Position numbers and translations under genes: made by a program | Shown here: in pieces, positions 39,721 to 53,188 of the stretch | Layout of the letters: the number at the start of each line of letters is the position of its first letter | How positions within the stretch are numbered: position 1 is the first letter of the stretch | The notes under the pieces: generated by a model | Seen by the model: the letters and a program-made list of their open reading frames with translations, nothing else | The model's database searches: none | What the model was told of the DNA's origin: nothing | From: Eledone cirrhosa | Lineage: Eukaryota | Assembly: GCA_964016885.1 (NCBI GenBank) | Contig: OZ024762.1 | Span: 6,820,001 to 6,884,000 of the forward strand | DNA: 64,000 nucleotides | Direction: 5' to 3'

Positions 39721-40760
39721 CAGGGTGGGGCATAAGTTTGGAAGCGAATAAAAATGCTTTTAATAACAAAACTATTAACTTTATTGACCAGCAACATATA
39801 TATAATTATACATATCTTTAGAGTATAATTTATAGAGTTTATTGAAAATGGCCCTCTTGTGCAGCAATAACAGCCTCTAACCTCCGTTGAACATCTTTCA
39901 CCAAATTATGCAACATTTCTTGGGGAATTTCTTTCCAAGCGCTCAGTAAAGATGCCATTAAATCATTGACTGTCTTATGGAATTTTGAACAAGATTTTTC
40001 TTCAAGGATAGACCAGACTGGAAAGTCCATAGGGTTCAAATCAGGTAAACAAGGAGGCCACATTTTCTTTTGACCAGAACATCAGAAAATGGTCTCTGCA
40101 CCAAGTTTGTGTGACATTTGTTGTATGGGAAGTGACTTTATCCTGTTGGAAGGTCCACAGATAATCATTGCCAAAATGATTAGTTGCAGAAGCAGGCAGG
40201 CTCCAGAATGCTGTTTATGTAAAATTGGGAACTCATTTTTGTCATTTCTTCCACAAAAATGTGAGGAGACCTCCAAGTTGATGAAACAGCCCTCAGACCA
40301 TAACAGAAGCTGCTTTTATTGTACAGAATAAAGATTTTTAGTCAACACCGATTGCTGATGTTTTTTTTCCAATGACTCGATCATTTTTTTCAGTTGTGTC
40401 TGCTCAACAGAGAAGATCTTTTCATCTGACCAGACAATATCATCCACCATGCCACATTTCATTTCTTGAAGCAAATCTTTACTTCTCACCAGCCTTTATT
40501 GTTTTGTCTTTACAGAAAGGGTTTGTCTCTTCTGAAAGATGAAGAAAGACATTCCCAAGTCATCCTTGAATATCCTTCTCATTGTCCTAGGGCTTACTCA
40601 GACCTCTTTTGCCATTTTTCTTATGGACCTTTTCAGATTTCTTCTTATACTTTCTCAAACGGTTTTAATGTCCATTTAATTCGCGGTCTTCCACGTCTGG
40701 TACTATCTGACAAATCTTGCTCTTTAAAACACTTCACAGCTTTCTCTAGCTTGCCATTAT
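39721..40760 (-). mobile_element. Tc1/mariner (DD37D-like) transposon relic
   Basis: IVWSDEKIF, WPPCLPDLNPMDF, RRLEAVIAAQEGHF and RRGRPR. A TA|CAGGGTG terminus at 39721; the other TIR is not seen. Confidence 0.8.
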
Positions 40761-41072
40761 AATTTCTAACAAATTGTGAAAGGACCATACCGTTTATTTA
40801 GCTCTAAAAATATATCTATTTAGCCACCCTAACTTCTGTCTATCATTTCCATATTATGAAAGAAGCATTCTGCTAATCTAGCTCTAGAAATGTTTCCATC
40901 TTGTCACCATAACTTCTGTCTATCACATACATATTGTGAAAGGATGCATTCAGTAGTTAATTCAACTCTAGAAATATATTTCTCTAGCCACCATAACCTC
41001 TGTCATACAACACATAACACACTACTTTCACCAAATATATACGAATAAATACATATATATATATATCTTCTG

Positions 41073-41086
41073 GTTGCCATGGCAAC
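41073..41086. promoter_or_regulatory. Perfect RFX X-box palindrome GTTGCCATGGCAAC
   Basis: 14-bp palindrome matching the canonical X-box, in non-repeat DNA. Function not shown. Confidence 0.45.
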
Positions 41087-41477
41087 AGAATGTGTCTACC
41101 AAATTAATTGATTTCCATGACCTACAGTTGTTTGCTTTGCTTTGTTTCTGATTTTCTTTCCACAGTCCCTGCTCCCCTCATCTATAAAACCCACAGTGCA
41201 GTGTGTGAGTAAACCCCAACTCATCATTAAAATCTAGAGTGGAATATGTCCCTCCTCTACTTCATATATGAAATAGAGAGTGGAGTGCGTGAGTAAGGCA
41301 CTCAATCCACACTGTAAATGTGGTTAGCATTAGGAAGGGCATCCAGCCTTAGATACCAAGCCCAAATCAGTTCTGTATAGACAAGACACGGTCATCTAAT
41401 CTAGCTTGTCTCACAACGGGACAACTTGTCTAACCCATGCTAGTATGGAAAAATGACCATTAAAAGGTAATGATGAT

Positions 41478-41542
<65 letters not shown>

Positions 41543-43249
41543 GAATTCCTGATGTACATCAGGAGGTGACTACAGTTAAAAGAGGTACTCAATATGTTAG
41601 TAGAGTATAGACATATTTATTTTATTATAGAAATGGCTTCTACAAGACTAGAACTGTTTCATTCATAAGAAATCATGTGTGTTTGTATGTGTGTATGCAT
41701 GTATATACATGTGTATATCTATCTGCTGGCTGAGATGTTGGAATTGCTTGTTTATTACAGGGAGAAATTCTTCAATAATTACAAAATGTTTAACCACAAA
41801 ACAAGCAAAGGTGAAAGAAAGATGAAAGAGGTAATAGTTATTTGGTGTTACTTCTTAGAATATTTCCACTCTATATATTGAATACTTCTGGGACAAAACT
41901 TCCTTCCCCCATGTAATTTATTTTTCCATTTTTACACTTCTTAGCATTGATTTAATTAGCAATTCTCTCAACAAGTCCCAACCCATCTCTACATAAACTA
42001 CTAACATATTACTAAAGAAATGCACTCTATTTCAATTATATCATGAAGAATTTGGGGCGAATTACTAAAATTGTTTATTATTTCATTAGTAAGATTTAAA
42101 CTAAGTACTTTAACATATGGTTCTTATATAACATTATGTAGGAAGATGCTACTTACAACAGGAACCCTTTAAAATGGGTAGGTTTGTTTTATAGAAGCAG
42201 AGACAGTTTGGGCAGGGCTGGTAACAAAAAGGCTGTTAATGAAGAATTTTGAGGGATTTACTAAAATTATTAATTAGATTTACTACAATTAATTAGACAA
42301 GATGGAGTAACAGACTAAGACTAGAAAGAAGAGGACACAAACTAGAAAGAAGAGGACACAAACTAGAACAGATAGCCATTAAGGAGGTCACAGAATGTGT
42401 GATGAAAGAATTTAATTATTTCATATGGTTGAACTTAATTATTTCATATGGTTCTTGTATGAAATAGGAACCCTTTAAAATGGGTGGTTTTGTTTTATAG
42501 GAGCAGAGATGGTTTTGGCCAAGCTGGTAATAAAAGGGATTTATGAAAATTATTAATTATTTCATTACTAAGATAGTAATTTAACAGATAGTTCGTATAA
42601 TTTAGATTGAAAGATTCTGCTTTAAATAGGTTTCTTCATCTTCTTCCTTGCCCACTGATTGCTGGGAGGAACATGGGAGCAGAGTCCTCAGGGACACCTT
42701 CCAGTAGGTCATATCAGAAGCAACTGTTTCCAATTGATTCAGCTGGATCCCCAAGCGAGACCAGCCAAGCTCATGGATGTTATCCAACCATCTTACTCAG
42801 GGTCTACCCCTGGGTCTCCTGCCGGTTGGTTTTGCCTGTAAAATTTGTCCTGAAACATTCTAACAGCATATCCGTAATGCCAGAGCTGAGATCTCTCAAT
42901 TCAGAGAAGAAACAGCTCTACTTTAAATAGCCGCCTTTTAAAATGTGTGTTTTTGTTTCTTTGAACCAGTACCAGTTTTGGTCAGGTTGGTATCCAAAGG
43001 GCTAAGGCAGTTAACTCTATGTAAGCACCAATACCTGTCAACTTGACTAACATCATTTAGATTTATTACTTTCATTCTTGAGATTAGTGGATTAATAGAA
43101 TTGGTCTACTCAGAGATGAAGGACTTAAGGTCATTGGTACAACCCCTTTTGGACATATATCATATTGATCTGACTAGAGATGAAGGACTTGTGAAGGTCA
43201 GAGACAGTCATTCTTGAACATATCATAAACTCTATTGGTCTGAAAAAAC

Positions 43250-43740
43250 CTTGGTTAAGTTGTGTTCCAAACACCATCTTAATATTTTATAATACTAAAT
43301 CCCTCAAAACTCTTGATTATATTCAAAATTATTTGAAAATGTATTCGAAATATAGTAACAGAAGGGTTAAAGTGTTTGTATTTATTTAAAAAACCTTCCA
43401 TAATAATTTTATGTAAGAACCTTTGTTAAGTTATGCTCCAAATACCAGCTTAATAATGAGAAAGTGAGTTATATTACTGAATTCCTCCAAATTCTTGATT
43501 ATTTTCAAAATTATTTGAAAACCATAAGCAATATCTTTCATTAGAAATATATATATAAAAGGGTTAGTGTTTATCTAAAAACTTTCCTGCAAAATTATAT
43601 GCAAGAACCTTTGTTAAGTTATGTTCCAAATACCAGCTTAATAATGAAAATTTTCATTGAGATACTTTAGTATTTTAATAATTATTTGAAAACCATAGAG
43701 GGCAGTGTCTTTCACTAGAACAATGGTAAGAAAAGAAGGC
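43250..43740 (-). repeat. Tandem ~195-bp TTAACCC-family units
   Basis: Reverse complement of 44951-45345. Confidence 0.7.
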
Positions 43741-44950
43741 AGAGTGTGATTTAATTAGTATTTCTTGTGCTGAGTCTACCAAGCCTATAGGGTCCTCTGA
43801 TTTTGACTGGTTGGCACCAAAGTTGATAGATTGTGAATGTAAAACTAATACAGACACCCTATAGATTTCAACAAAAAATTTAATTACAAAATTGTGTGGA
43901 AGGATAGAGCAGGTGGGGGGAGAGAGAATTAATTAGGTAACAATATAGCTTCTCTTACAATAATTTCACACTAACGAAGCAGCATAAATAAACAGCAGCT
44001 AAAGGAATCAGAAGAATTTGGTAAGAGTTTACCATATGGAAGGAGTAAAAAATATTACAAGAGGACAAATTGACTACCAAATTTTAACGATATACTTCAC
44101 CCTGTTATAATTAACTCATTAATACAAAATAATAACACAAAAACACACAGACTAACAAAAATACAAGCTACCAATTTAGCTTGCATGCATTCTACTTCTT
44201 AACCCCTTTGATACAGAAACCACCTGAAACCTGCCTAGATTCTAAGACACTAACCAGTTTATTAAAGTGTTTATATTTATATAAAAACCTTCCATCATAA
44301 TTTTATGTAATAAACTTTGTTAAGTTATGCTTCAAACAGCATCTTAATTATGAGAAAATTAATATATTTCTAAATCCCTCTAAATTGTTAATTATTGTTT
44401 TTTCTAAAATGATTTGAAAATCATAGGCAATGTCTTTTATTAGAATTAAATGAGTGAACTGCTTATATTTATCTAAAAACCTTCACAATTATACGTAAAG
44501 AACCTTTGTTATGTTCCCAACACTTAATAATGAGAAATCAAACTCGATTATTTTCAAAAAGATTTGAAAACACAGGTTTGAAAACAAGGTTTCTCTCTAA
44601 AAATGAAAGGCAGATTGTGTGATGTGAACAGCAATGTTACATGGCAGTGAGACATAGGCATTATATGCAGAGGACCTGCACAGATTGGAAAGGAATGAGT
44701 TCAAATCCCGCCGAGGTTAACTTTGCCTTTCATCCTTACGGGGGTCGATAAAATAAAGTACCAGTCACGCACTGGGGTCGATTTAATCGACTTTCCCCTC
44801 CCCCCAAATTACTGGCCTTGTGCCTATATAAGAAACCATTATTATTATTATTAATTTAATATGAAGAAATAAATAGAAAGTAGATGAAGACAGACAGAGA
44901 AGGGGGGGGGGGGGGGGTAATGGAAGAATTGTAGTTGAAATATGATAGCT

Positions 44951-45345
44951 TAACCCTTTTGTTACTATATTTCTAATGGGTGACACAGCTTAAGATTCTC
45001 AAATGATTTCCGAAATAATCAAGAATTTTGAGGAATTTAGTAATATAACTAAGTTTCTCATTACAAAGCTGGTGTTTGGAACATAACTTGACAAAGGTTC
45101 TTGCATAAAATTGTGATGGAAGGTTTTTTGGATAAATATAAACATTTTAACCCTTTTGTTACCATATTTCTTGTGAAAGACACTGCCTATGGTTTCCAAA
45201 CAACTTTGAAAATAATCAAGAAATTGGAAGGATTTCGTACTGTAACTAACTTTCTCATTATTAAGCTGATGGTTTGGAGATAAATTAACAAAAACTCTCA
45301 CATGAAATTATGATAGAAGGAATTTAGATAAACATAAACATTTTA
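44951..45345 (+). repeat. Two tandem ~195-bp TTAACCC-family units
   Basis: TAACCCTTTTGTTAC at 44951 and about 45148. Confidence 0.8.
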
Positions 45346-45817
45346 AAGTAAGCGGTTCAGTATTATAGAATGAAGAGTGATTTCAGGCAATTTTGTATCA
45401 AAATTGTTAATATAAAATTATTAAGCATGTGTCTACCTCCACATGCCATTACTCCCACATAAATGTTATCTTATCATCCCATCTGAGATAAATAGGTGTA
45501 GCAGTGGGTAGGTAGATATTATCATTAAAATATGCATCAGAAGATTGCAACACACACACACGTCTGTGTCTTTTGCAACACACACACACGTCTTTTGCAA
45601 CACACACACACACACACACACGTCTGTCTTTTGCAACACACACACACACTCTCACACATGTCTGTGTCTTTTGCAACACACACACATACACGTCTGTGTC
45701 TTTCATTTGTATTTTTATGTTTTAAAAAACAGTTTTTGATGGTTCCCCTTAGAAAATTGTTTTTCGTTTTGTCTTGTCCTCTTTGTTAACCTTCCTAAGT
45801 TTATCATTATATATATA

Positions 45818-46572
45818 CAAGTAGGAGTTCATCAGGGTTCAGTCTTCAGTCCACTCTTATTATAGTTCTCCAAGCCATAACAGAGGAGTTTAAGACTGGC
45901 TGCCCATGGGAACTTCTCTATGCTGATGTTCAGGTACTTATAGCAGAAACAGTAGAGAAGCTAGAGAATAAATTCTGGCTATGGAAACAGCAGTTGGAAT
46001 CAAGGGGACTAGAGAGTGAACCTAGCTGAGACTAAAGTGTTGATAAGTAGGAAAGAGGACAAGACTGATTCCATCAGGGATATGACTATGCTCAATATGT
46101 AGAAAAGGAGTTGGCATAAACTCTATAGAATGTACACAATGCAAATTTTGGGTACACAAAAAGTGTAGTGGGAAAGCATGCAAACTAACAGGAAGGGAAA
46201 ACTTCATATGTAGTAGATGTTCAGGGAAATTTGATAATAGAAGTGTCAATGATAGGCACATCTTTCAAATGCAGCTCTGATCTATAGAGATGGTTGGTAG
46301 TTTCCGATATCTTGGTGATCAGATTAGCAAGGGAGGAGGATGCTCCAAGGCCATAGTATCTAGAATAAGGATAGGATGGAAGAAGTTTAGGGAGCTGCTT
46401 CCTCTGTTGACAACAAAGGGTTTCTCCCTACGAATGAAAGGTCAGTTATATGATGCCTGTGTGAGATGCACGATGCTGCATGGTAGTGAGACATGGGCAG
46501 CAACTGCGGAGGATATGCGAAGGCTGGAGAAAAATGAAGCAAGCATACTCCGATGGATGTGCAATGTCAATG
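45818..46572 (+). mobile_element. RTE LINE RT region (disrupted) with internal PHD-type finger
   Basis: GVHQGS..., ELLYADV (YADD site), CSICRK...CTQC...HKKC...CSRC, FRYLGD, GWKKFRELLP. Confidence 0.85.
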
Positions 46573-47960
46573 TATATATGTGTGTACACACACACACACA
46601 CGCACACATACACATTGTAAATGTCCCAATGGTCTGTCCACTAGTAGAGATATTATAATATTTGAATTAACAAACATATTTTTAGACATTTTATGGTAAA
46701 TCATTACAGGATGTTAAGAGTTAATCAATACCTAAGAAATAAAAAAATAATATAAAAACAGAAGGCCTTATGTTTCACATATCAAATTTTGATACTAGCA
46801 CACACACATAGTTATATATACACATGTAACTAAACAGACTATCAAAATGTTATCAAACACCATATATATACACACACAAACATTATATTATAACTGTAGC
46901 AGGATATCCCGCCACAAAATTATACCAAATTATTTTGATCAACAATTAGATAGGGTGTAAGGAATTTTTACCCACCAGTAAATTATCTTATCTTTGTCTA
47001 TTAGTCAATATATTTCAACCCCCCACCCACCATACCATTTTAGCAGCAGACAACACATTTACATATGAAAGGAGATTCTATATTAAAAAAATAAAAACTT
47101 CAAGTAAACTGGGCAACAGTTAGTTAGAGACTTAAAATGATGGAATTTCTTGTACAAAAACACCATTATGGATTCTGTCTGAGATGGTGTTGGGAGATTA
47201 ACTACACACAAAAACAAACAAAAATTGAACATTTCAGATTTTATCTATCTATCAAGTTAACTGTGTATATATGGGCACAGTCATGGCTGTGTGGTTAAGG
47301 AGTTCACTTCGCAACCATGTGGTTCTAGATACAGTCCCACAGTGCAGCACCATCGGCTTGTGTCTTCTACTATAGCCTTGGCTTGACCAATGTCTTGTGA
47401 GTGGAATTTGGTAGACAGAAACTTTGGAAGCTCAGTAAAAGAATATATGTATCTGAATGTGTATATCTATGTGTGGATATGCTGAGACGGAACTGGTATT
47501 TTGCTGGGATTTTTACAGCTGGATGCCATAGTGTTAGCAAGGGCATCCAGCCGTAGAAAACCTGCCAGATAGTCCTATATGAGCGAGACACGGTCACCCG
47601 TCCAACCATGCCTCAAGTGGGACAACTCCCATCTAACCTATGCAGCCCCAGCATCTCTAACTCAATGATATAATATAGATTCATTCATTCATTCATTTCA
47701 TTTTACGTCCGCTTTTTCCCTGCTTGCAAGGGTGGGACGGGAACTGATTCTGGCTTGATTTCTACAGCTGGATGCCCTTCCTAACACCAACCTCATTTAC
47801 AGTGAGTGCTGGGTGCTTTTTTGCCATGGCACCTCCACGACCACTTTGTATGTTAGAAACATAAACCCATTACTCAAAATGCACACATACATTAATCAGT
47901 GAGATAAACAACCATGTGTAGGTATTGACATTTGTAAATCATACATAGATATATATATAT

Positions 47961-48274
47961 GCAAAGGTTGGACGGGTCGTATTCAGCACAGCATCTCTCC
48001 ACTTGTTACTGTCCTTCGTCATCTCCTCCGTGAGTTTCAGTGATCTGAGGTCAGCTCTCACCACCTCTGCCCATGGTTGTTTAACTAATCTATCTAGTTA
48101 GCTAGCTATATATAGATGTATATATATAGCTAGCTAACTAGATAGATTAGTTAAACAACCATGGGCAGAGGTGGTGAGAGCTGACCTCAGATCGCTGAAA
48201 CTCACGGAGGAGATGACGAAGGGCCGTGACAAGTGGAGAGATGCTGTGCTGAAAAGGACCCGTCCAACCCTTGC
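47961..48274. repeat. Fold-back palindrome of two RTE 3' ends (154-bp arms, 6-nt loop)
   Basis: 47961-48114 vs 48121-48274. Confidence 0.9.
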
Positions 48275-48319
48275 AAGCAGGGAAAGGCGGACGTAAAATG
48301 ATGATGATGATGATGATGA

Positions 48320-48360
<41 letters not shown>

Positions 48361-49334
48361 ATATATACACATGATGATGGCTGCCCCATTATCGAGTATG
48401 GCCATTGCACGAGAAAAAAAAAAAAAACCATAATAATAATAATAATAATTGTTTCTACTTTTGGCACAAGGCCAGCAATTATCCCAGTGCATTACTGGTA
48501 CTTTATTTTATCGACCCCCGTAAAATGAAAGGCAAAGTTAACCTCGGCGAGATTTGAACTCAGATCATAAAGGGACGTAACTCTATGCTTCAACAACAAC
48601 AACAATATACATACATACACTATATATATATATTTTTTTCATTTTTTTTTAGCAACTGGCCAAAATTGTCACATTATGTGGACGACCCCTCTAACCCATG
48701 CAAGCGTGGAAAAAAATAGATGATGATCACAACAATGATATAAAGCTATATATATAGCATTTTACAGATGACATTGAATGCATACATTTTTTAACAGATT
48801 ATTTTCAAAAAATTCTCAAATGGGCATAAAAAAAAAAGAATCCCTTCAATTTAATTATTATAACATCTATCAGCAATTATTTTACCATTTTCTATCTGAA
48901 GAATAAATATATTCTCATTCAGACAATCCCTTCTCTGGTTTCTTGAGAAAAAGCTAGCCTAGAAAAGTTAAATGCCAAACAAAGAAAACCTTAAGTCATT
49001 TCAAATTCTCCCGCCTCAGTTCCCACGCTCCTCTCTCCTCATCAGATAAAGATAAAATATAGTTTTTTATAGAGAAATACAAAAATGAAAAGAATTAAAA
49101 AAAAAAAAACCAAAAGTAATATAATGTAAAATATATTTAAAAAAAAAAAAGAAAAAAACATGAAATTTTATCATTTGCTACTTTTTTTTACCAGTTTTGG
49201 TCCTTATACTAGTTGTGTGACCTTCTGATTAGAGTGCTAAAGTAATGATCATAAGGTTGTGGGTTCAATTCCTGCAGTGGGCCGTGCATTGCGTCCTTGA
49301 GCAAGACACTTCATTTGACGCTGCTTTTCATGAT

Positions 49335-50045
49335 ATGACTGGGACCTCTATTATTAAAACACCTGAGAAACTTTCTATGACATGCTACCTTGTAGGTCTG
49401 CTAAACCTGCATAGGTGTGAACTGTAACAACAACAAGGGACTGGATCCCTTAGCAGTAAAACACCTGAGAATCCCCCTATGAGATGAAACCTTGTAGGAG
49501 GTCAGCTAAGCCTGGATATCTGTGAGCTGTGATAACAACATGATAGGACTGGAGCCCCTATTATTAAAACAACCAAGAAACCTCCTATGAGATGTAACCT
49601 ACATAGGCGTGAGCTGTGACAACATGATAGGACTGGGACCATTAACATTAAAACACCACATTTTGTTCATACAGGTCTGTATTTTGGTTTGGTTTCTACG
49701 GCTAGGTGCCCTTCCTAATGCCAACCACATTGCAGAGTGGACTCGGTACTTTTTATCATGGCACCAAAACGAGCCCCTTACAGGGTGGACTGGGTACTTT
49801 TTACTTGAGTTACCAGCACAACCACCTTACAGGATGGACTTAATGCTTTTTTTCTTGTGTCACCACCGCGATCACTTTACATAGTGGACTGGGTGCTTTT
49901 TTTCTTGTGTCACTAGCATGACTATTTTACAGGGTGAACTGGTTGATTTTTTACTCGTGTCACCAGCCCAATCACCTTACAGAGTGGACTGGGAGCCACT
50001 TGTATCACCAGCATGACCACATTACAGGGTAGATTGGGTGCTGTT
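49335..50045. repeat. Two degenerate tandem arrays (~90-bp units, then ~42-bp SINE-derived units)
   Basis: Recurring TAAAACACCTGAGAA and TTACAG.GTGGACTGGGT. Confidence 0.6.
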
Positions 50046-50159
50046 TTCCCCTGATCATCAATATTATCCTTGTAAACCACCCAACAATATATAATCCGTC
50101 ATGGATGTATCATATATCAGGCACACCCTTCTAGCAAACAAATCAAATTATTATTATTG

Positions 50160-50390
50160 AAGGCGCATGGTTTAGTGGTTAGAGCATTGGGCTTGCAATC
50201 GAAAGGTTGTGAGTTCAATTCTTGGACCGGGTGATGTGTTGTTTCCTTGAGCAAGACACTTTATTTCACATTGCTCTAGTTTGCTCAGCTGTAGAAATGA
50301 GATGATAGGGACTGGGGGTCCCTATCATTCCACTGTAAAGTGGATGTGTAGGTGCCACGACAAAAAAAGCACCCGGCTCACACTGGAGTA
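50160..50390 (+). mobile_element. SINE B 5' part
   Basis: A and B boxes; reverse complement of 19560-19808. Confidence 0.8.
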
Positions 50391-50680
50391 ACCCCATTTC
50401 AGCCGCTTGTATTTGAAATTGTATTTTTCGGTCATTACCCATGATTCATGACCCTCGGTAAGGGTTGGCAGGAATACCAGGAAGACCGCGAGTTTGGCTT
50501 TTACACCTACCTCCCTTCTTCTCATTACTGAATGCTGAAGCTGGTGCATTACTGCATCAGCTCTTGCAATTCTTGCACTTAATTCAGCATCCTGCCTTCC
50601 ATCACTCATGAACACGGCCCTGGGGTACTTGAACTTCTCTACCTGCTTCAGTGGAACTCCATTCACATGTATATACATTT
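50391..50680 (-). mobile_element. RTE LINE RT C-terminal fragment (second family)
   Basis: LKQVEKFKY...ELSARIARADAV...PTLTEGHESWVMT; matches 63445-63540. Confidence 0.75.
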
Positions 50681-50681
50681 T

Positions 50682-51250
50682 AGAACCGTCTGGGTTATCC
50701 AGAATTGATGGACCTGATGGTCTTACCCTGTGCCCCTGGTCAAGAGGCGGGTGCCTTATCTGGGACATCACAGTTAGTGACTCTGCTGCTTCTTCCCACA
50801 TCCTGGATGCAGCGGTAAGGGCTAGAGCTAAATTGTTCGTAGCTGAACGGAACAAAATCCTAAAATACCGTCACTTGTCGGCTAACTATATTTTCCAGCC
50901 TGAGGCGTTTGGGGGTGTCGGGCTACTGACGGCGAGGTTCTTATCTTCACTGGTGGCTCACCTAACTGAGGTAACTGGTGATACTCATGAGGGTGCTTGG
51001 TTGTTCCAGCACCTCAGCCTCGCCTTCACCCGAAGTAACGCTGCAAGTTATTAGAGAGGTTTTCCAGTGCTCCTCGCTATATTGTTATCTTCTGCTCTGG
51101 TAGCAGCTTCTTTGTCCATCCCTTTAGAAGTGCCTTTTGTTGTATGTGGTCCTAGATGCTTGTGTGTTTTTTTTCTTTCTTTTTGTTCCTTTCCCTTTCC
51201 TTTGTATATCTTATATTTGTTTTTGCTGATAAGACTAAATAAATAAAAAG
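50682..51250 (+). mobile_element. CRE-like non-LTR retrotransposon 3' end (restriction-like endonuclease) with 3' UTR
   Basis: PDGLTLCPWSRGGCLIWDITV...KILKY...TGDTHEGAWLFQHLSLAFTRSNAAS; A-rich end. Confidence 0.75.
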
Positions 51251-51309
51251 TTAAACTTCATTTTACCCTCTTATTTCCAAATTTATCGAAACGTTGCTAT
51301 CATGACTGT

Positions 51310-51600
51310 ACATGTATGTATGTGTATGTGTGTTTGTGTAAATGTATGTGTGTGTTTGTGTAAATGTATGTCTGTGAGTGTATATTTTTGTGTGTATGTG
51401 TGTTTGTGTAAATGTATGTATGTGTTTGTGGGAATGTATGTCTGTGAGTGTATATTTTTGTGTGTATGTGTGTTTGTGTAAATGTATGTATGTGTTTGTG
51501 GGAATGTATGTCTGTGAGTGTATATTTTTGTGTATATGTGTGTTTGTGTAAATGTATGTGTTTGTGGGAATGTATGTCTGTGAGTGTATATTTTTGGGTG
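51310..51600. repeat. About 70-bp GT-rich minisatellite, about 4 copies
   Basis: GTCTGTGAGTGTATATTTTTG recurs. Confidence 0.85.
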
Positions 51601-52177
51601 TCGGTGTTTGAGCAATTAGTTATATACTTGTACATATAAATGTATGTATATGCATATACACACACACATACACGTCAGTGTGTTGAAAAACATCATAATC
51701 TCTTTATCTTTGTCTTTCTCTCTCTCTCTCTCTTATATATATATATATATATATATATATCTGTCTAACCCATGCTACCGTGGAAGATGGATGTTAAACG
51801 ATGATGATGATGATGATGATGATCTGTCTGTCACAGTCACTATCTCTATTTCTCTCATCACACACACTCTCTTTCTTTCTCTCTCCGTCTATATATATGG
51901 TAGTTGAAATGGTGGTGGTGGCGGCGGTGATATACCGGAAGTGTTGAAATTTGAAACTTTTAAAAGAAGTGAATCTTGAAATAAGCATTATTTATATTTA
52001 GATTAAATATAAAATTATTTATATTTAATCAAGAGCTACGATGTTTAGTAGATAAATTATGTAATATTCATTCATTATTTATTCAAAGTAATCCAAATTA
52101 TTTTACAAACGAGATAAAAAGATATATTCAGGACACAGTCCCACACTCCTCCCTTTATTATATTATGATTTATCATT

Positions 52178-52362
52178 GGTGGATTGGCAGTATAGGTAGA
52201 GAGTCGGATGCCATGCTTTCCAGCATAGTTACGTCCCTTTACGATCTGAGTTCAAATCCCGCCGAGGTTAACTTTGCCTTTCATCCTTATGGGGTCAATA
52301 AAATAAAGTACCAGTAATGTACTGGGTAATTGCTGGCCTTGTGCCAAAAGTAGAAACAATTA
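52178..52362 (+). mobile_element. SINE family A
   Basis: Matches the family A core. Confidence 0.85.
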
Positions 52363-52699
52363 TATTATTATTATTATTATTATTATTATCATCATTTTAA
52401 AAAGATAAGATTCTGAATTAAAACCATATCATTAAATAAAATTTCTTTGTTCCCTACTTTTTGGCTACAGAAATAGATACACCACCACCAACACCACTAC
52501 CATCATCACTACCACCAACACCACTACCAGCACCATTATCACCTCAACCACCAACACTCCCACAACTCTTACTAACTCTACAAACACCACCACTACTGCC
52601 ACCAAACTGTAACTAAGGGCACATAAACTTTCCTCATTCCTACAAAGGAACTGTTGTTTAGGGAGCAGTGTGTATTATGGTGACCAGCATGAATGTTCT

Positions 52700-53188
52700 G
52701 TGAATATAAGGGGTTATATGACAATATAGGAGTTTGTCTGAAAAAACTGGGGTTTAACCTGAGAACATAGGACATTGGCTGACAATAGAGAGGTTTGACA
52801 AAGAACATAGGACTTTGGCTGACAATATAGGGGTTTGCCTGAGATCATGGGGAATTGGTTGACAATATAGGGGTTTGTCTGAGATCATAGCGGCTTATCT
52901 GAGATCATAGGGGTTTGTCTGAGATCATCGTGGTTTGACAAAGAATATAGGGCTTTGGCTGACAATATAGGGGTTTGTCTGAGATCATCGGGGTTTGACA
53001 AAGAATATAGGGTTCATCTAAAAATATAGGGCTTTGGCTGAGAATATAAGGGTACATCTGGAAATATAGGGCTTTGGCTGAGAATATAAGGCTGTGTCTA
53101 ATAATATAAGGGTTCATCTGAGAATATAGGGCTTTGGCTGATAATATAAGGGTTCATCTGAGAATATAGAGCTTTGGCTGAGAATATG
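52700..53188. repeat. Degenerate ~20-bp minisatellite (CTGAGAATATAGGGCTTTGG-like)
   Basis: Direct inspection. Confidence 0.85.

Noticed and set aside
48990-49058. CTGATGA...GAAA on the minus strand
   Set aside because: Stem II cannot pair and stem I has no partner.
50160-50235. tRNA gene-like sequence
   Set aside because: A and B boxes continue into a SINE body, no acceptor stem is seen, and it is multi-copy.
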